The notes under the pieces are model-generated. The model was not told the origin of the DNA, did not search any database, and was given only the letters and a program-made list of their open reading frames with translations. Below, one piece after another: positions 19,207 through 29,600 of a stretch of DNA of 64,000 nucleotides (positions are counted from its first letter, which is position 1; each line of letters begins with the position of its first letter). The translations under genes were made by a program, and so were the position numbers. Source of the DNA: Clostridia bacterium (GTDB lineage: Bacteria > Bacillota > Clostridia > Monoglobales > Firm-18); NCBI GenBank assembly GCA_045576675.1, contig JAZNGX010000002.1, forward strand, positions 5,170-69,169, in the 5' to 3' direction.

Positions 19207-20259
19207 ATGGATGAAGAAAGAAAAAAAGCGTTAGACCTTGCTATGGGTCAGATAGTTAAAAAATATGGTAAAGGCTCTATTATGCGTCTTGGTGAATACA
19301 CAGATATGAATGTTGAGGCTGTTTCAACAGGCTCACTGTCACTTGATATTGCTTTGGGAATCGGCGGTATCCCGAAGGGCAGAATTGTCGAAATTTATGG
19401 TCCTGAATCATCAGGTAAAACAACTCTTGCACTTCATATAGCTGCTGAAATTCAAAAAAATGGCGGTACTGTTGCGTATATTGATGCTGAGCATGCATTA
19501 GACCCGAAATATGCACGTAACCTTGGCGTTAACACCGATGAGCTGATAGTTTCACAGCCTGATAACGGTGAACAGGCACTTGAAATTGCAGAATGTCTTG
19601 TAAGAAGCGGTGCCGTAGAATTGCTGGTTGTTGACTCTGTTGCTGCACTTGTTCCCAAGCAGGAAATTGAAGACAGTATGGGTGATGCACACGTTGGCTT
19701 GCAGGCTCGTCTTATGTCACAGGCTTTGCGTAAGCTAAGCGGTCTTATCAACAAGCAGAAAACTATAGTTGTATTTATTAATCAGCTGCGTGCTACTATT
19801 TCAACAGGTGGTTACGGCGGTCCTACAGAAACAACAACAGGTGGTCGTGCACTTAAGTTTTACGCATCTGTACGAATTGATGTAAGAAGAATTGCAACAA
19901 TTAAAGATAAAGGTGAACCCGTGGCAAACAGAACACGTGCCAAAATTGTTAAAAACAAGGTTGCACCCCCGTTTAAAACAGCGGAATTTGATATTATGTA
20001 TGGCACAGGTATTTCACAGGAGGGCGACTTGATTGACCTTGGCATAAACTTTAAGCTTGTTAAGAAAAGTGGTTCGTGGTTTAACTATGGTGATATCAAG
20101 CTTGGTCAGGGACGTGAAACAGCTAAGGTATATTTGAAAGATAATCCCGAAGATGCTGCAAGATTAAGACAGGAAATTCTTGATAAAATTGCAAGCGAGG
20201 GAGCACCAGATGCTATAACTGGCGAGTTTGATGATGGTGAGATAAGTGTTGACGAATGA
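19207..20259 (+). CDS. recA: Recombinase RecA
   Basis: It carries GPESSGKTT Walker A, the VVDSVAAL region, and a canonical full-length 350 aa sequence. Confidence 0.98.
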   Translation: MDEERKKALDLAMGQIVKKYGKGSIMRLGEYTDMNVEAVSTGSLSLDIALGIGGIPKGRIVEIYGPESSGKTTLALHIAAEIQKNGGTVAYIDAEHALDPKYARNLGVNTDELIVSQPDNGEQALEIAECLVRSGAVELLVVDSVAALVPKQEIEDSMGDAHVGLQARLMSQALRKLSGLINKQKTIVVFINQLRATISTGGYGGPTETTTGGRALKFYASVRIDVRRIATIKDKGEPVANRTRAKIVKNKVAPPFKTAEFDIMYGTGISQEGDLIDLGINFKLVKKSGSWFNYGDIKLGQGRETAKVYLKDNPEDAARLRQEILDKIASEGAPDAITGEFDDGEISVDE

Positions 20260-20728
20260 TGATATTTTATACGAGGCAAAGGTTTATGCAGTAAAGCTTA
20301 TGGGCAAGTTCAGCTATACCTATCGTGGTATGGTAAATAAGCTTGTGCAAAAAGGCTATAGTAAGGATATTGCATTGCAGGTTGCTGACCATTACAAGGA
20401 ACTTGGATACCTTGAGGACAGTATTTATGCACAGAAATTTATTAAAGATGCTGTGGAATTTAAATATCACGGACCTGCCCGTATAAGATATGATTTAAAA
20501 CAAAAAGGCGTTGACGAGGAAGTAATAGACGAAGCGTTTAACGAGCTTGATATTGATTTTTTTGAGGTACTTAAAAATCTTGTGTCCGTAAAAGCAGCAG
20601 GCGAGGATTTAACAGACCGCAAAAGACGCGACAAGCTTATTGGGTATCTTAGCAGAAAAGGCTTTGGATATTATGATATAAATGAAGTTTTGGCCGAATA
20701 TAGTGAACAAGAGGATATGGAAATATGA
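20246..20728 (+). CDS. recX: Recombination regulator RecX
   Basis: This 160 aa helical-repeat protein lies directly after recA and overlaps its 3' end. It uses a GTG or TTG start. Confidence 0.8.
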   Translation: MLTNDDILYEAKVYAVKLMGKFSYTYRGMVNKLVQKGYSKDIALQVADHYKELGYLEDSIYAQKFIKDAVEFKYHGPARIRYDLKQKGVDEEVIDEAFNELDIDFFEVLKNLVSVKAAGEDLTDRKRRDKLIGYLSRKGFGYYDINEVLAEYSEQEDMEI

Positions 20729-22038
20729 AAATTGCATTTGAATCATTAGGTTGTGCAAAAAACCTAGTTGATATGGAAAATATGCTTAGTATGCTGATAG
20801 AACGTGGTCACGAGCTTGTTGATGACGAATCATTGGCAGACGTTATTATAGTAAACACCTGTTGCTTTATCAATGATGCAAAAATAGAGTCAATTGATAC
20901 TATAATTGACCTTGCTCAGTGGAAGGATGATGGTGAGTGCAAGCGTCTTGTAGTAACAGGGTGTATGGCACAGCGTTATAAGGAACAGGTTTTGCAGGAA
21001 ATGCCTGAGGTTGACGCGGTTTTGGGCGTTGGCGAATATGACAGGCTGATTGAGGTTGTTGAGGGTACTGAAACAGTGTGCCTTTGTGACAGACAGTACA
21101 GCTATCTTGAAAAGAAGCGTTATATGCAAACACCGTCATACACAGCTTATTTAAAAATAGCGGATGGTTGTGATAATCATTGTACATATTGCGTAATTCC
21201 GTCAATACGTGGCGGTTTTAACAGCAGACCAATGGAAAATATTATAGCTGAAGCAAAAGAGCTTGTTAAAAATGGTGCAAAGGAATTAATTCTTATTGCA
21301 CAGGATACAACAAGCTATGGTATAGATTTATACGGTGAAACAAGGATTGCACAGCTTATATCTGAGCTTGACAAAATTGATGGACTTGTCTGGATACGTT
21401 TGCATTATTGTTATCCTGAAAAAATTACTGATGAGCTTATTGATGTAATGGCAAAAAGCGAAAAGGTTTGCAAATATATTGATATGCCCATACAGCATTG
21501 CAATGATGAAATATTAAAAAGAATGGGCAGAAAAAGCCGCAAACAGGGCATAGTTGATGTTATAAATAAATTACGTGAAAAAATCCCTGGTATTACAATA
21601 AGAACATCTCTTATAGCAGGATTTCCGGGAGAAACGGAAGAGCAGATTAAAGAGCTTGCTGAATTTGTAACAGAACAACGTTTTGAGCGCCTTGGTGTGT
21701 TTGCATACTCACAGGAGGAGGATACACCTGCGGCTATAATGGATAATCAGATTGATGAAGAAGAAAAGCTTAACAGACAGGAGCATATTATGCTTGCACA
21801 GGATGAGGTTAATCAGGAAATTTCTGAAAGCAAGGTTGGCACTGTTGTTAAAGTCCTTGTTGAAGGCTATGACAAGCTTGTAGAGCAGTATTATGGAAGA
21901 AGTGAAGCTGATTCTGTTGATATTGACGGAAAGATTTTCTTTAAATCCGCAAAAAAACTAAAGGAAGGCGAGTTTACCGACGTGGTTATTAATGAGTATT
22001 ATGACTGCGATTTGTTTGGTGAACGGACAGGTGACTGA
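20725..22038 (+). CDS. rimO: Ribosomal protein S12 methylthiotransferase RimO
   Basis: It has a UPF0004 N-terminal domain (SLGCAKN), a radical SAM motif CDNHCTYC, and a TRAM C terminus. Confidence 0.9.
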   Translation: MKIAFESLGCAKNLVDMENMLSMLIERGHELVDDESLADVIIVNTCCFINDAKIESIDTIIDLAQWKDDGECKRLVVTGCMAQRYKEQVLQEMPEVDAVLGVGEYDRLIEVVEGTETVCLCDRQYSYLEKKRYMQTPSYTAYLKIADGCDNHCTYCVIPSIRGGFNSRPMENIIAEAKELVKNGAKELILIAQDTTSYGIDLYGETRIAQLISELDKIDGLVWIRLHYCYPEKITDELIDVMAKSEKVCKYIDMPIQHCNDEILKRMGRKSRKQGIVDVINKLREKIPGITIRTSLIAGFPGETEEQIKELAEFVTEQRFERLGVFAYSQEEDTPAAIMDNQIDEEEKLNRQEHIMLAQDEVNQEISESKVGTVVKVLVEGYDKLVEQYYGRSEADSVDIDGKIFFKSAKKLKEGEFTDVVINEYYDCDLFGERTGD

Positions 22039-22040
22039 AA

Positions 22041-22580
22041 ATGAATTTACCAAATAAATTAACTGCTTTAAGAATTGCGTTGATACCTGTGTTTATTGCA
22101 CTTTTTATGTATGCAGGCTCAACGGCAGGCAAATGGCTTTGCGTTATAATTTTTGCTTTTGCCTCAATTACTGATTTTGTTGACGGTCATATAGCAAGAA
22201 AGTACAATCTTGTATCAAATTTTGGCAAATTTGCAGACCCGCTTGCAGACAAAATGCTAGTTACGGCGGCTCTTATTTGTTTGTGTTCTGAAGGCACATT
22301 AAATCCGTGGTATGCGATTATCATAACCTTCAGAGAATTTATGGTAACCGGTATAAGAATACTTGCTATACAAGATGGTGTTGTCATTGCTGCAGGAAAG
22401 TCAGGCAAGCTTAAAACTGTTATTCAGCTTTTCGCAGTAATTGCGATGCTTGTTGACAGAATATGGCTATTACCTTTACACATATCTTTTGTTTTAATGA
22501 CATTGGCAGTGATTCTTACAGTTTATTCAGGTGCTGAATACCTGATTAAAAACATACACTTATTTAAAGACGTGAAGTAA
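22041..22580 (+). CDS. pgsA: CDP-diacylglycerol--glycerol-3-phosphate 3-phosphatidyltransferase
   Basis: The CDP-alcohol phosphatidyltransferase motif DGHIARKYNLVSNFGKFADPLADK is present in a 179 aa membrane protein. Confidence 0.9.
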   Translation: MNLPNKLTALRIALIPVFIALFMYAGSTAGKWLCVIIFAFASITDFVDGHIARKYNLVSNFGKFADPLADKMLVTAALICLCSEGTLNPWYAIIITFREFMVTGIRILAIQDGVVIAAGKSGKLKTVIQLFAVIAMLVDRIWLLPLHISFVLMTLAVILTVYSGAEYLIKNIHLFKDVK

Positions 22581-22589
22581 GGTGAAATT

Positions 22590-23567
22590 ATGAAGATAAT
22601 AGTAGATGCAATGGGCGGAGATAACGCACCGAAGGCAGTTGTTGACGGAGCGGTTATGGCTGCAGAAAAGCTTGGTGTTGAAATTATACTTGTTGGCGAC
22701 ACAACAAAGTTTAATGCTCCTGATAATGAAAAAATAACAGTGGTGCATGCACCTGATGTTATTGATTGCGATGATGACCCCGCACGTTCAATACGTACTA
22801 AAAAAGAGTCATCAATTGTAGTCGGTCTTAATATGCTTGCACAGAAGCAAGCGGATGCTTTTGTTTCTGCAGGAAGCACAGGTGCCGTTATAAGCGGAGC
22901 AACATTGATTGTTAAGCGTATAAGAGGGATAAGACGAGCAGCAATTGGTACAGTTTTACCTACAGCCACAGGCTGTACATTGCTTATGGATACAGGTGCG
23001 AATGCTGATTGTACAGAGGAGTTTTTGCAGCAGTTTGCTGTTATGGGCAATGCATATGCCAAAGCTGTTCTTGGTATTGAAAATCCAAGAATAGGGCTTT
23101 TAAACAATGGTGCAGAAGAAACAAAGGGCAGTGAGGTTGTAAAGAATACATATCAGCTTTTAAAGAAAATGCCGATTAATTTTATAGGTAACGTTGAAGC
23201 CCGTGATGTGCTTAACGGAGTAACTGACGTGCTTGTTGCCGACGGTTTTGCAGGTAATGTGTTTTTAAAGGCTGTTGAGGGTACTGCAAAGTATTTTTCA
23301 GGAATGCTTAAAAGTATGCTGACTAAAAATATAATTACAAAAATATGTGCTTTGTTGCTATCGGGCGGAATAAAAACTATGAAGGATTCGTTTAATGCGG
23401 ATAAACACGGCGGAGCACCGATTCTTGGTGTGGATGGTGTTGTTATTAAAGCACACGGCAGTTCAAATGCAGAAGCATTTTACAATGCTATAAGGCAGGC
23501 ATCGGAATTTGCAGAAAAGGATGTTGTCAGCATAATTAAAAACAATCTTGGAGAGGAAGATAAATAA
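22590..23567 (+). CDS. plsX: Phosphate acyltransferase PlsX
   Basis: The N terminus is MKIIVDAMGGDNAP, and SAGSTGA is present. Length is 325 aa. Confidence 0.95.
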   Translation: MKIIVDAMGGDNAPKAVVDGAVMAAEKLGVEIILVGDTTKFNAPDNEKITVVHAPDVIDCDDDPARSIRTKKESSIVVGLNMLAQKQADAFVSAGSTGAVISGATLIVKRIRGIRRAAIGTVLPTATGCTLLMDTGANADCTEEFLQQFAVMGNAYAKAVLGIENPRIGLLNNGAEETKGSEVVKNTYQLLKKMPINFIGNVEARDVLNGVTDVLVADGFAGNVFLKAVEGTAKYFSGMLKSMLTKNIITKICALLLSGGIKTMKDSFNADKHGGAPILGVDGVVIKAHGSSNAEAFYNAIRQASEFAEKDVVSIIKNNLGEEDK

Positions 23568-24796
23568 TGAAAAAAGTATTATTAATCACAGCAGTTGTAT
23601 GTATGGTGCTTGCTATATGCACTGTTGCATCTGCAAAGTCAATGGAGTTTGTTATTGACAACGCTACAATGTATACAAATGAAGATGGAATGTTAACTGC
23701 TGTTACACTTGAAACAGCCCCGTTTGAAACAGACGGCAGAACAATGGTTCCTGTAAGAGTAATCGGTGAAAGCTTTGGCGCTGATGTTACCTGGGACGAA
23801 GCAACATCAACTGTTGGCGTTAAAGCAGGTGAAACAGAAATATCACTTGCTGTTAACAGCGACAAAGCATATGTTAACGGCGAGGAATACACATTAGATG
23901 TTCCTGCAACAGAAATAAACGGCAGAACAATGGTTCCTGTAAGATTTATTTCAGAAGCTTTAAAGTATGATGTTACATATACAGATGAATTAAGAACTGT
24001 ATATATTACTGATGAAGAGGCTGTACTTACAGTTGGTGATATATCATATAATAGTGATGATGTGAATACATTCCTGGCTGCTTTTGCTTATGGTGGTACA
24101 GCTGACATTGCAGTTGAAAATCTTTCACAGTTTGCAGTTTTTTCGAATGAAGCAAAAAATCTGTCAGTTGATACAAGTATGCAGTATCAGGCATGGATGG
24201 AAGAGTTAAAAGCAGGTAAAGACAATATGAGAGGTATGATTTTCCTTACCCCTTATGCAAAGATTTTAAAGCTGTACAGTGATGCTGTTATATACACAAC
24301 AAGCCTTTATGGTGAAGTGACAGATGAAAAAATTGAAAAAGCTTATCACAGCGATTATATAAGCGTAAAGCACATTTTGCTTTTGACACAGGATGCACAA
24401 ACAGGCGAGCCTGTTTCAGATAAAGAAAAAAAGCAAATCAGAAAGAAGATGACAGATATTTTAAATCAGGCAAAATCAGGTGTTGATTTTGATAAGCTTA
24501 TGAACAAGCATTCAGAAGATACTGGTCTTGCTGCAAATCCTGATGGATATGTATTTACAAAGGGAATGATGGTACCTGAATTTGAAGAAGCTGCATATGC
24601 ATTGAAAACAGGCGAAATAAGCCAGATTATTGAAACTGCATATGGCTATCACATTATTAAAAAGCAGGTATTGCCTGAGCTTAATGATGAAATAAAAGCT
24701 TCAATAAGCAATGTTGTATTTAATAACGCTATTACTGAAAAGTATAACGAATTAAAGGAAAACTATGAAATTAATGTAAATATATTGACAGAATAG
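23567..24796 (+). CDS. Secreted PrsA-like parvulin peptidyl-prolyl isomerase with N-terminal copper-amine-oxidase-like (stalk) repeats
   Basis: A signal peptide is followed by two repeats of (D/N)GRTMVPVR(V/F)I(G/S)E. The C-terminal PpiC/parvulin region reads HILL......GYVFTKGMMVPEFEEAA..L..GEIS.IIET.YGYHIIK. Confidence 0.75.
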   Translation: MKKVLLITAVVCMVLAICTVASAKSMEFVIDNATMYTNEDGMLTAVTLETAPFETDGRTMVPVRVIGESFGADVTWDEATSTVGVKAGETEISLAVNSDKAYVNGEEYTLDVPATEINGRTMVPVRFISEALKYDVTYTDELRTVYITDEEAVLTVGDISYNSDDVNTFLAAFAYGGTADIAVENLSQFAVFSNEAKNLSVDTSMQYQAWMEELKAGKDNMRGMIFLTPYAKILKLYSDAVIYTTSLYGEVTDEKIEKAYHSDYISVKHILLLTQDAQTGEPVSDKEKKQIRKKMTDILNQAKSGVDFDKLMNKHSEDTGLAANPDGYVFTKGMMVPEFEEAAYALKTGEISQIIETAYGYHIIKKQVLPELNDEIKASISNVVFNNAITEKYNELKENYEINVNILTE

Positions 24797-24816
24797 TATA
24801 AATTTTCAATAAATGC

Positions 24817-24844
24817 TTGACTAATGTGAATTTGTAGCTATAAT
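24817..24844 (+). promoter_or_regulatory. Candidate promoter of acpP
   Basis: The sequence reads TTGACT (24817-24822), a 16 nt spacer, then TATAAT (24839-24844). AGGAGG precedes the ATG at 24878. Confidence 0.55.
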
Positions 24845-24877
24845 ATATAGTTAGTTTATAAATTAGGAGGAAAACGT

Positions 24878-25111
24878 ATGGAGTACGAAGTTTTAGTAAA
24901 AGCCCTTGTAGACCAGTTTGGAGTAAATGAAGCAGATATCACACCTGATACTTCTCTTACAGAGGATTTGGGTGCGGATTCATTGGATTTGGTTGAATTG
25001 GTAATGGCTATGGAACAGGAGTTTGATATTGAAATCCCCGACGAGGATGTTGAAGATATTAAAACTGTTGGTGATGCAGTTAATTACGTAAAAGAAAAGG
25101 TTCAGCAGTAA
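24878..25111 (+). CDS. acpP: Acyl carrier protein
   Basis: This 77 aa protein carries the phosphopantetheine attachment motif [12 protein letters not shown]. Confidence 0.95.
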   Translation: MEYEVLVKALVDQFGVNEADITPDTSLTEDLGADSLDLVELVMAMEQEFDIEIPDEDVEDIKTVGDAVNYVKEKVQQ

Positions 25112-25122
25112 GTTCTTTTGAT

Positions 25123-25794
25123 ATGAAGAAATTAATTGAAAAAATAGGCTACAATTTTAAAAATGAAAATTTACTTAAAACAGCTTTAACGCACAGCTCT
25201 TATGCAAATGAGCATAAGGTTGAAAGCTATGAAAGACTTGAGTTTTTCGGTGACAGTATTTTGTCTTATATTATAAGCGAATATATTTATAAGCATTTTA
25301 CAGAGCTGCCTGAGGGTGGACTTTCTAAGCTCAGGTCTGCAATTGTTTGCGAGCGGTCTTTAGAACAGATTGCAATCGAGCTTGATACTGGCAGTTATTT
25401 GCTTTTGAGTAAAGGAGAAGATATGACGGGCGGCAGAACACGTCCGTCTATTTTGGCTGATGTTTTTGAGTCTATACTTGCAGCGATTTATCTTGATGGC
25501 GGGCTAAAACCTGCAACCGATTTTGTGTTGCGTGAGCTTGCTGATGATATAGAAAATGCCAGAAAAGGAAAGGGCGTTTTTAAGGATTATAAAACGCAGC
25601 TTCAGGAGCTTGTTCAGCAAAAGGATATGCGTGCATCTTATGCTCAGCTTGGCGAAAGCGGTCCTGAACACAACAAGATATTTAAAGTATCAGTAAGTGT
25701 AAATGATAAGCTTATTGCATATGGAACAGGTAGAAACAAAAAAGAAGCTGAACAGAATGCAGCTATGAATGGCTTAAGAAAGCTTCGGAGTTAA
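25123..25794 (+). CDS. rnc: Ribonuclease III
   Basis: The catalytic signature ERLEFFGDSIL is present, with a C-terminal dsRBD (GPEHNKIF...GRNKKEAEQNAA). Confidence 0.95.
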   Translation: MKKLIEKIGYNFKNENLLKTALTHSSYANEHKVESYERLEFFGDSILSYIISEYIYKHFTELPEGGLSKLRSAIVCERSLEQIAIELDTGSYLLLSKGEDMTGGRTRPSILADVFESILAAIYLDGGLKPATDFVLRELADDIENARKGKGVFKDYKTQLQELVQQKDMRASYAQLGESGPEHNKIFKVSVSVNDKLIAYGTGRNKKEAEQNAAMNGLRKLRS

Positions 25795-25798
25795 TTAT

Positions 25799-26596
25799 AT
25801 GGGTAAGTTCAAAATAATTCCAATCTTTGTACCCCATAAGGGGTGTCCGCATCAATGTTCATTTTGTAATCAAAAGCATATAACAGGTCAGCACGAGGAG
25901 GTTACTCCCAAAAGTGCTGAGGAAACTGTTAAATTATATTTATCTACTATTGACAGCAGTAAAAATCACGTTGAAATAGCTTTTTATGGTGGCAGCTTTA
26001 CCGCAGTGGAAGCAGACCTGCAGTGCGGTCTTTTAAGTGTTGCAAAAAAATATAAGGATATGGGGCTTGTTCACGGAATAAGACTGTCCACACGACCTGA
26101 CTGTATTGATAACGAGGTTCTGGAACGCCTTATGTATTATGGTGTTACTGATATTGAGCTTGGTGTGCAGTCTATGAGTGAAAGGGTTTTAAAGGCAAAT
26201 AACAGAGGACATTCGGCTCAGGATGTGGTTGATGCTGTTATGCTTATAAGAAATTATCCATTTAAGCTTGGTTTGCAGATGATGGTTGGTCTTATTGATG
26301 ACAGCAAGGAGGATTGCATTTCGACCGCAAATAAAATTGCTGATTTAAAGCCTGATTTTGTGCGCATATATCCAACACTTGTGTTTGATAACACACCAAT
26401 GGCAGATAAATTCAAAGCCGGTGAATTTACCCCGCTTACAGTAGAGCAGGCAGTAGAAATCTGCCGACCTGTTGTGAAAATTTTTGATGACAATAACATA
26501 AAAATTATACGTCTTGGCTTGCTTGTATCGCAGGATGAGGCACGAAATAATCTGCTCGGTGGTCCTTATCATCCGAGCTTTAGAAATTTAATTTAG
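25799..26596 (+). CDS. Radical SAM protein (ELP3/MiaB-like core only, function unknown)
   Basis: CPHQCSFC (CxxxCxxC) lies near the N terminus in a 265 aa TIM-barrel-like core. The gene is wedged between rnc and smc. Confidence 0.7.
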   Translation: MGKFKIIPIFVPHKGCPHQCSFCNQKHITGQHEEVTPKSAEETVKLYLSTIDSSKNHVEIAFYGGSFTAVEADLQCGLLSVAKKYKDMGLVHGIRLSTRPDCIDNEVLERLMYYGVTDIELGVQSMSERVLKANNRGHSAQDVVDAVMLIRNYPFKLGLQMMVGLIDDSKEDCISTANKIADLKPDFVRIYPTLVFDNTPMADKFKAGEFTPLTVEQAVEICRPVVKIFDDNNIKIIRLGLLVSQDEARNNLLGGPYHPSFRNLI

Positions 26597-26610
26597 GAGG
26601 TGACAGCCTA

Positions 26611-29600
26611 ATGCGTTTAAAATCTATAGAAATGACAGGTTTTAAGTCTTTTGCCGACAGAACTTTTGTTGAATTCGGTAACGGAATTACAGCTATTGTC
26701 GGCCCTAACGGAAGCGGTAAAAGTAATATTTCTGATGCTGTTCGTTGGGTTATGGGTGAACAGAGTGCAAAATCACTGCGAAGCGGTAATATGCAGGACG
26801 TTATTTTTTCAGGTACACAAAAGCGTAAGCCTTTGGGCTTTGCGGAGGTTACACTGATTGTTGACAATTCCGACAGAGCATTAAAAATAGATTTTGATGA
26901 GGTTGCTGTTACACGCCGCGTTTTCCGTTCTGGTGAAAGCGAGTATTTTATAAACAAAACAGCAGTAAGAATGAAGGATGTTCACGAGCTTTTTATGGAT
27001 ACCGGTGTTGGACGTGACGGTTATTCAATCATAAGTCAGGGTAAAATTGCTGAAATTTTAAGCAATAAGCCGGAAGAACGACGTCAGATGTTTGAGGAAG
27101 CGTCAGGTATTACAAAGTATCGTTACAGAAAAGAAGAGGCTCAGCGTAAGCTTGGAAGAACAACTGAAAATATTGTGCGACTGAATGATATTATAACCGA
27201 GCTTGAAAATCAGGTTGGCCCTTTAAAGAACCAGTCAGAAAAGGCTAAAAAGTATCTTACACTACGTGACGAATTGCGTGTTCTGGATGTTAATGTTTCG
27301 TTGTACAATATTGAAAAGCATAAAAAAACACTTGCTGAAATCAACGGGATTTATGACAATCTTTTAAGTCAGATTGAAGAGGTTAATGTTCAGGCAGAAA
27401 AGATTGAAAAGGATACTGCAGAGGTTTTTGAAAATATAGGTATTCAGGATGAGGCTCTTAATCAGAAACGTGAAGAGCTTGATAAAATTAATGGCGTAAG
27501 AGCAGAATATCAAAGTGATATTGCGATATTGAATAACAGAATTGAAAATAATATCGACGGTATTAAGCGAATTGAAAATGAAATAGAAGAGCTTAAGCTA
27601 AAAGCAAAGGAGCTTGAGGCAGATATAACAGGCAGAGGCAGCAGTGATGCACTGTATGACAGTTATAACAGTGTTCAGGCTGAAATTAAAGACGTTGAGC
27701 AAGAGCTTGCCGAAAAAGATAATAAGATTGATTTGCAGACTTCACAGCTTGAAAGTGCAAATTCAGAACTTATTGAAAAAATGAATGAAGCATCTGAATT
27801 AAAGTATAGAATCACCGGTAATGCCTCACTTAAGAATTCATTAAGCGAAAGAGCCGTTGCAATTGAGCGTGAGCTTAATGACAGAATGGCTGATTTTAAT
27901 AAGCTTAATGACAATCTTAAAAAAGCAGAAGCAAACCTTAACGAAAAACAGGCAGAATATGCAAATCACAATGTTCGCCTTAATAATGACAGAGCAAAGC
28001 TTGACAGTGAAAAGGACGAGCTTGAGCTTTTGCAAAAGCAGCTTATTGCTGACCGTAATACAATTGCTCAGCAGAAGTCACGTTTAAAGCTGCTTTTGGA
28101 TTTGGAAAATTCTTTTGATAACTATAGCAGAAGTGTTAAAAGCGTAATGAACGCGTATAACAAAAAGGAGCTTAAAGGTGCGGTGCTTTATGGAACGGTT
28201 GCACAGCTTGTTAATGTGAGCCCCAAATATAGTGTTGCAGTTGAAACAGCACTTGGCGGTGCGGCACAGAATATTGTTGCAGCCACCGAGCAGGATGCAA
28301 AGGTTGCAATTGCGTATCTTAAAAACACAAAGCAGGGCCGTGCAACATTTTTGCCTGTGTCAGTATGCAAAGGCGATATTATGGACGACAAGGCGCTTGC
28401 AAACGAAACGGGTTATATAGGCATTGGTGCAAGACTTGTTGATTGTGAAGACAAGTACAAAGGTATTGTTAACCAGTTATTGGGAAGAATAGTAGTAGTT
28501 GACAATATTGATAATGCTATAAAAATTGCAAATAAAAATAATCACAGATACAGAATTGTTACTCTTGAGGGCGAATTGCTTGCGCCTGGTGGTTCTATGT
28601 CGGGTGGTAGCCGTCAGCAAAGCGGAGGAATATTCTCTCGTGCAAATGAGCTTGCAGATTTGCAAAAGATAATACCACAGAATGAAAGCAAGCTTTTAGA
28701 AGCAGAAAAGAAGTTTAAAGAAAAGAGCGATATAATCGAAGTGCTTTCAAAGGCTGTTGTTAAATCTCAGGAAGAGCAGAAGGAATTGAGCGAGCATCTG
28801 CTGTCACTTCGTATGGAGGTTAAGCATTGTGCCGAGTTTGCTGAGAATGTAAATGCAGCTAAGAACGCCATAGAAGCAGAGAAAAAACAGCTTGAAATGC
28901 AGCTTGCGGATATTGCTGAGCTTGATGAAAACGGTAATGGTCAGATAGCAAAGCTTAATGAAGAAATAGAAAATTACAAGGTTGTTGCAAATGCACATAA
29001 AGAAAATCTTGCAATTCTTGAAAATGAGCGTGAGAAGATTTCAGCTAATCTTTTAGAGCTGAAAATGAAGCTTGGAGAAATTAAAAAGGATATTGAACGC
29101 TTTAATGAAATCGAACAGCTTTCTAATGCACGCAAAACTGAAAATGAGCTTGCAATTGAGCGTAAGTATGAAAATATATCTGAAATTAAAGACAATATCG
29201 AAGGCTTAAAGGACGATGTTGAGTTTAAAAACAAGCAGATTGTTGACCTTGACAATGACATTTTAAAGCTGCGTGAAGATATTGATAATAGTGAAGCTCA
29301 ACGCCGTAAGCTTCAGGAAAGCATAAAAGAAATGCAGGACGAGCTTAAAAAGGTTCACGAATCACAAATGACGTTGCAGCAGGAGCAGAGCCGTCTTGAT
29401 AACAAAAAGGCGAAATCTGAAACAGAGCTTGAAAATATAGTAAACAGATTGTGGGAAGAGTACGAGTTAAGCCTTATTGCGGCAGAACAGGTAAAAACTG
29501 AAATGGAGTCTGTTACCGAGGCAACAAAGCAGATTTCTTCTCTTAAAAATCAGATTAAGGCTCTTGGTAATATTAATGTTGATTCAATCGAAGAATATAA

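Noticed and set aside
22523-23107. A 194 aa minus-strand ORF antisense to pgsA/plsX. Similar long antisense ORFs occur at 1510-2022, 12767-13273, 18490-19017, 26580-26957, 28974-29261, 43323-43727, 44514-44969, 51634-52089 and 59704-60093.
   Set aside because: Each lies entirely inside a confidently identified gene on the other strand. Their translations are low-complexity (S/A/T/I/L-rich), without motifs or RBS. This is the expected by-product of stop-poor antisense frames in codon-biased genes.
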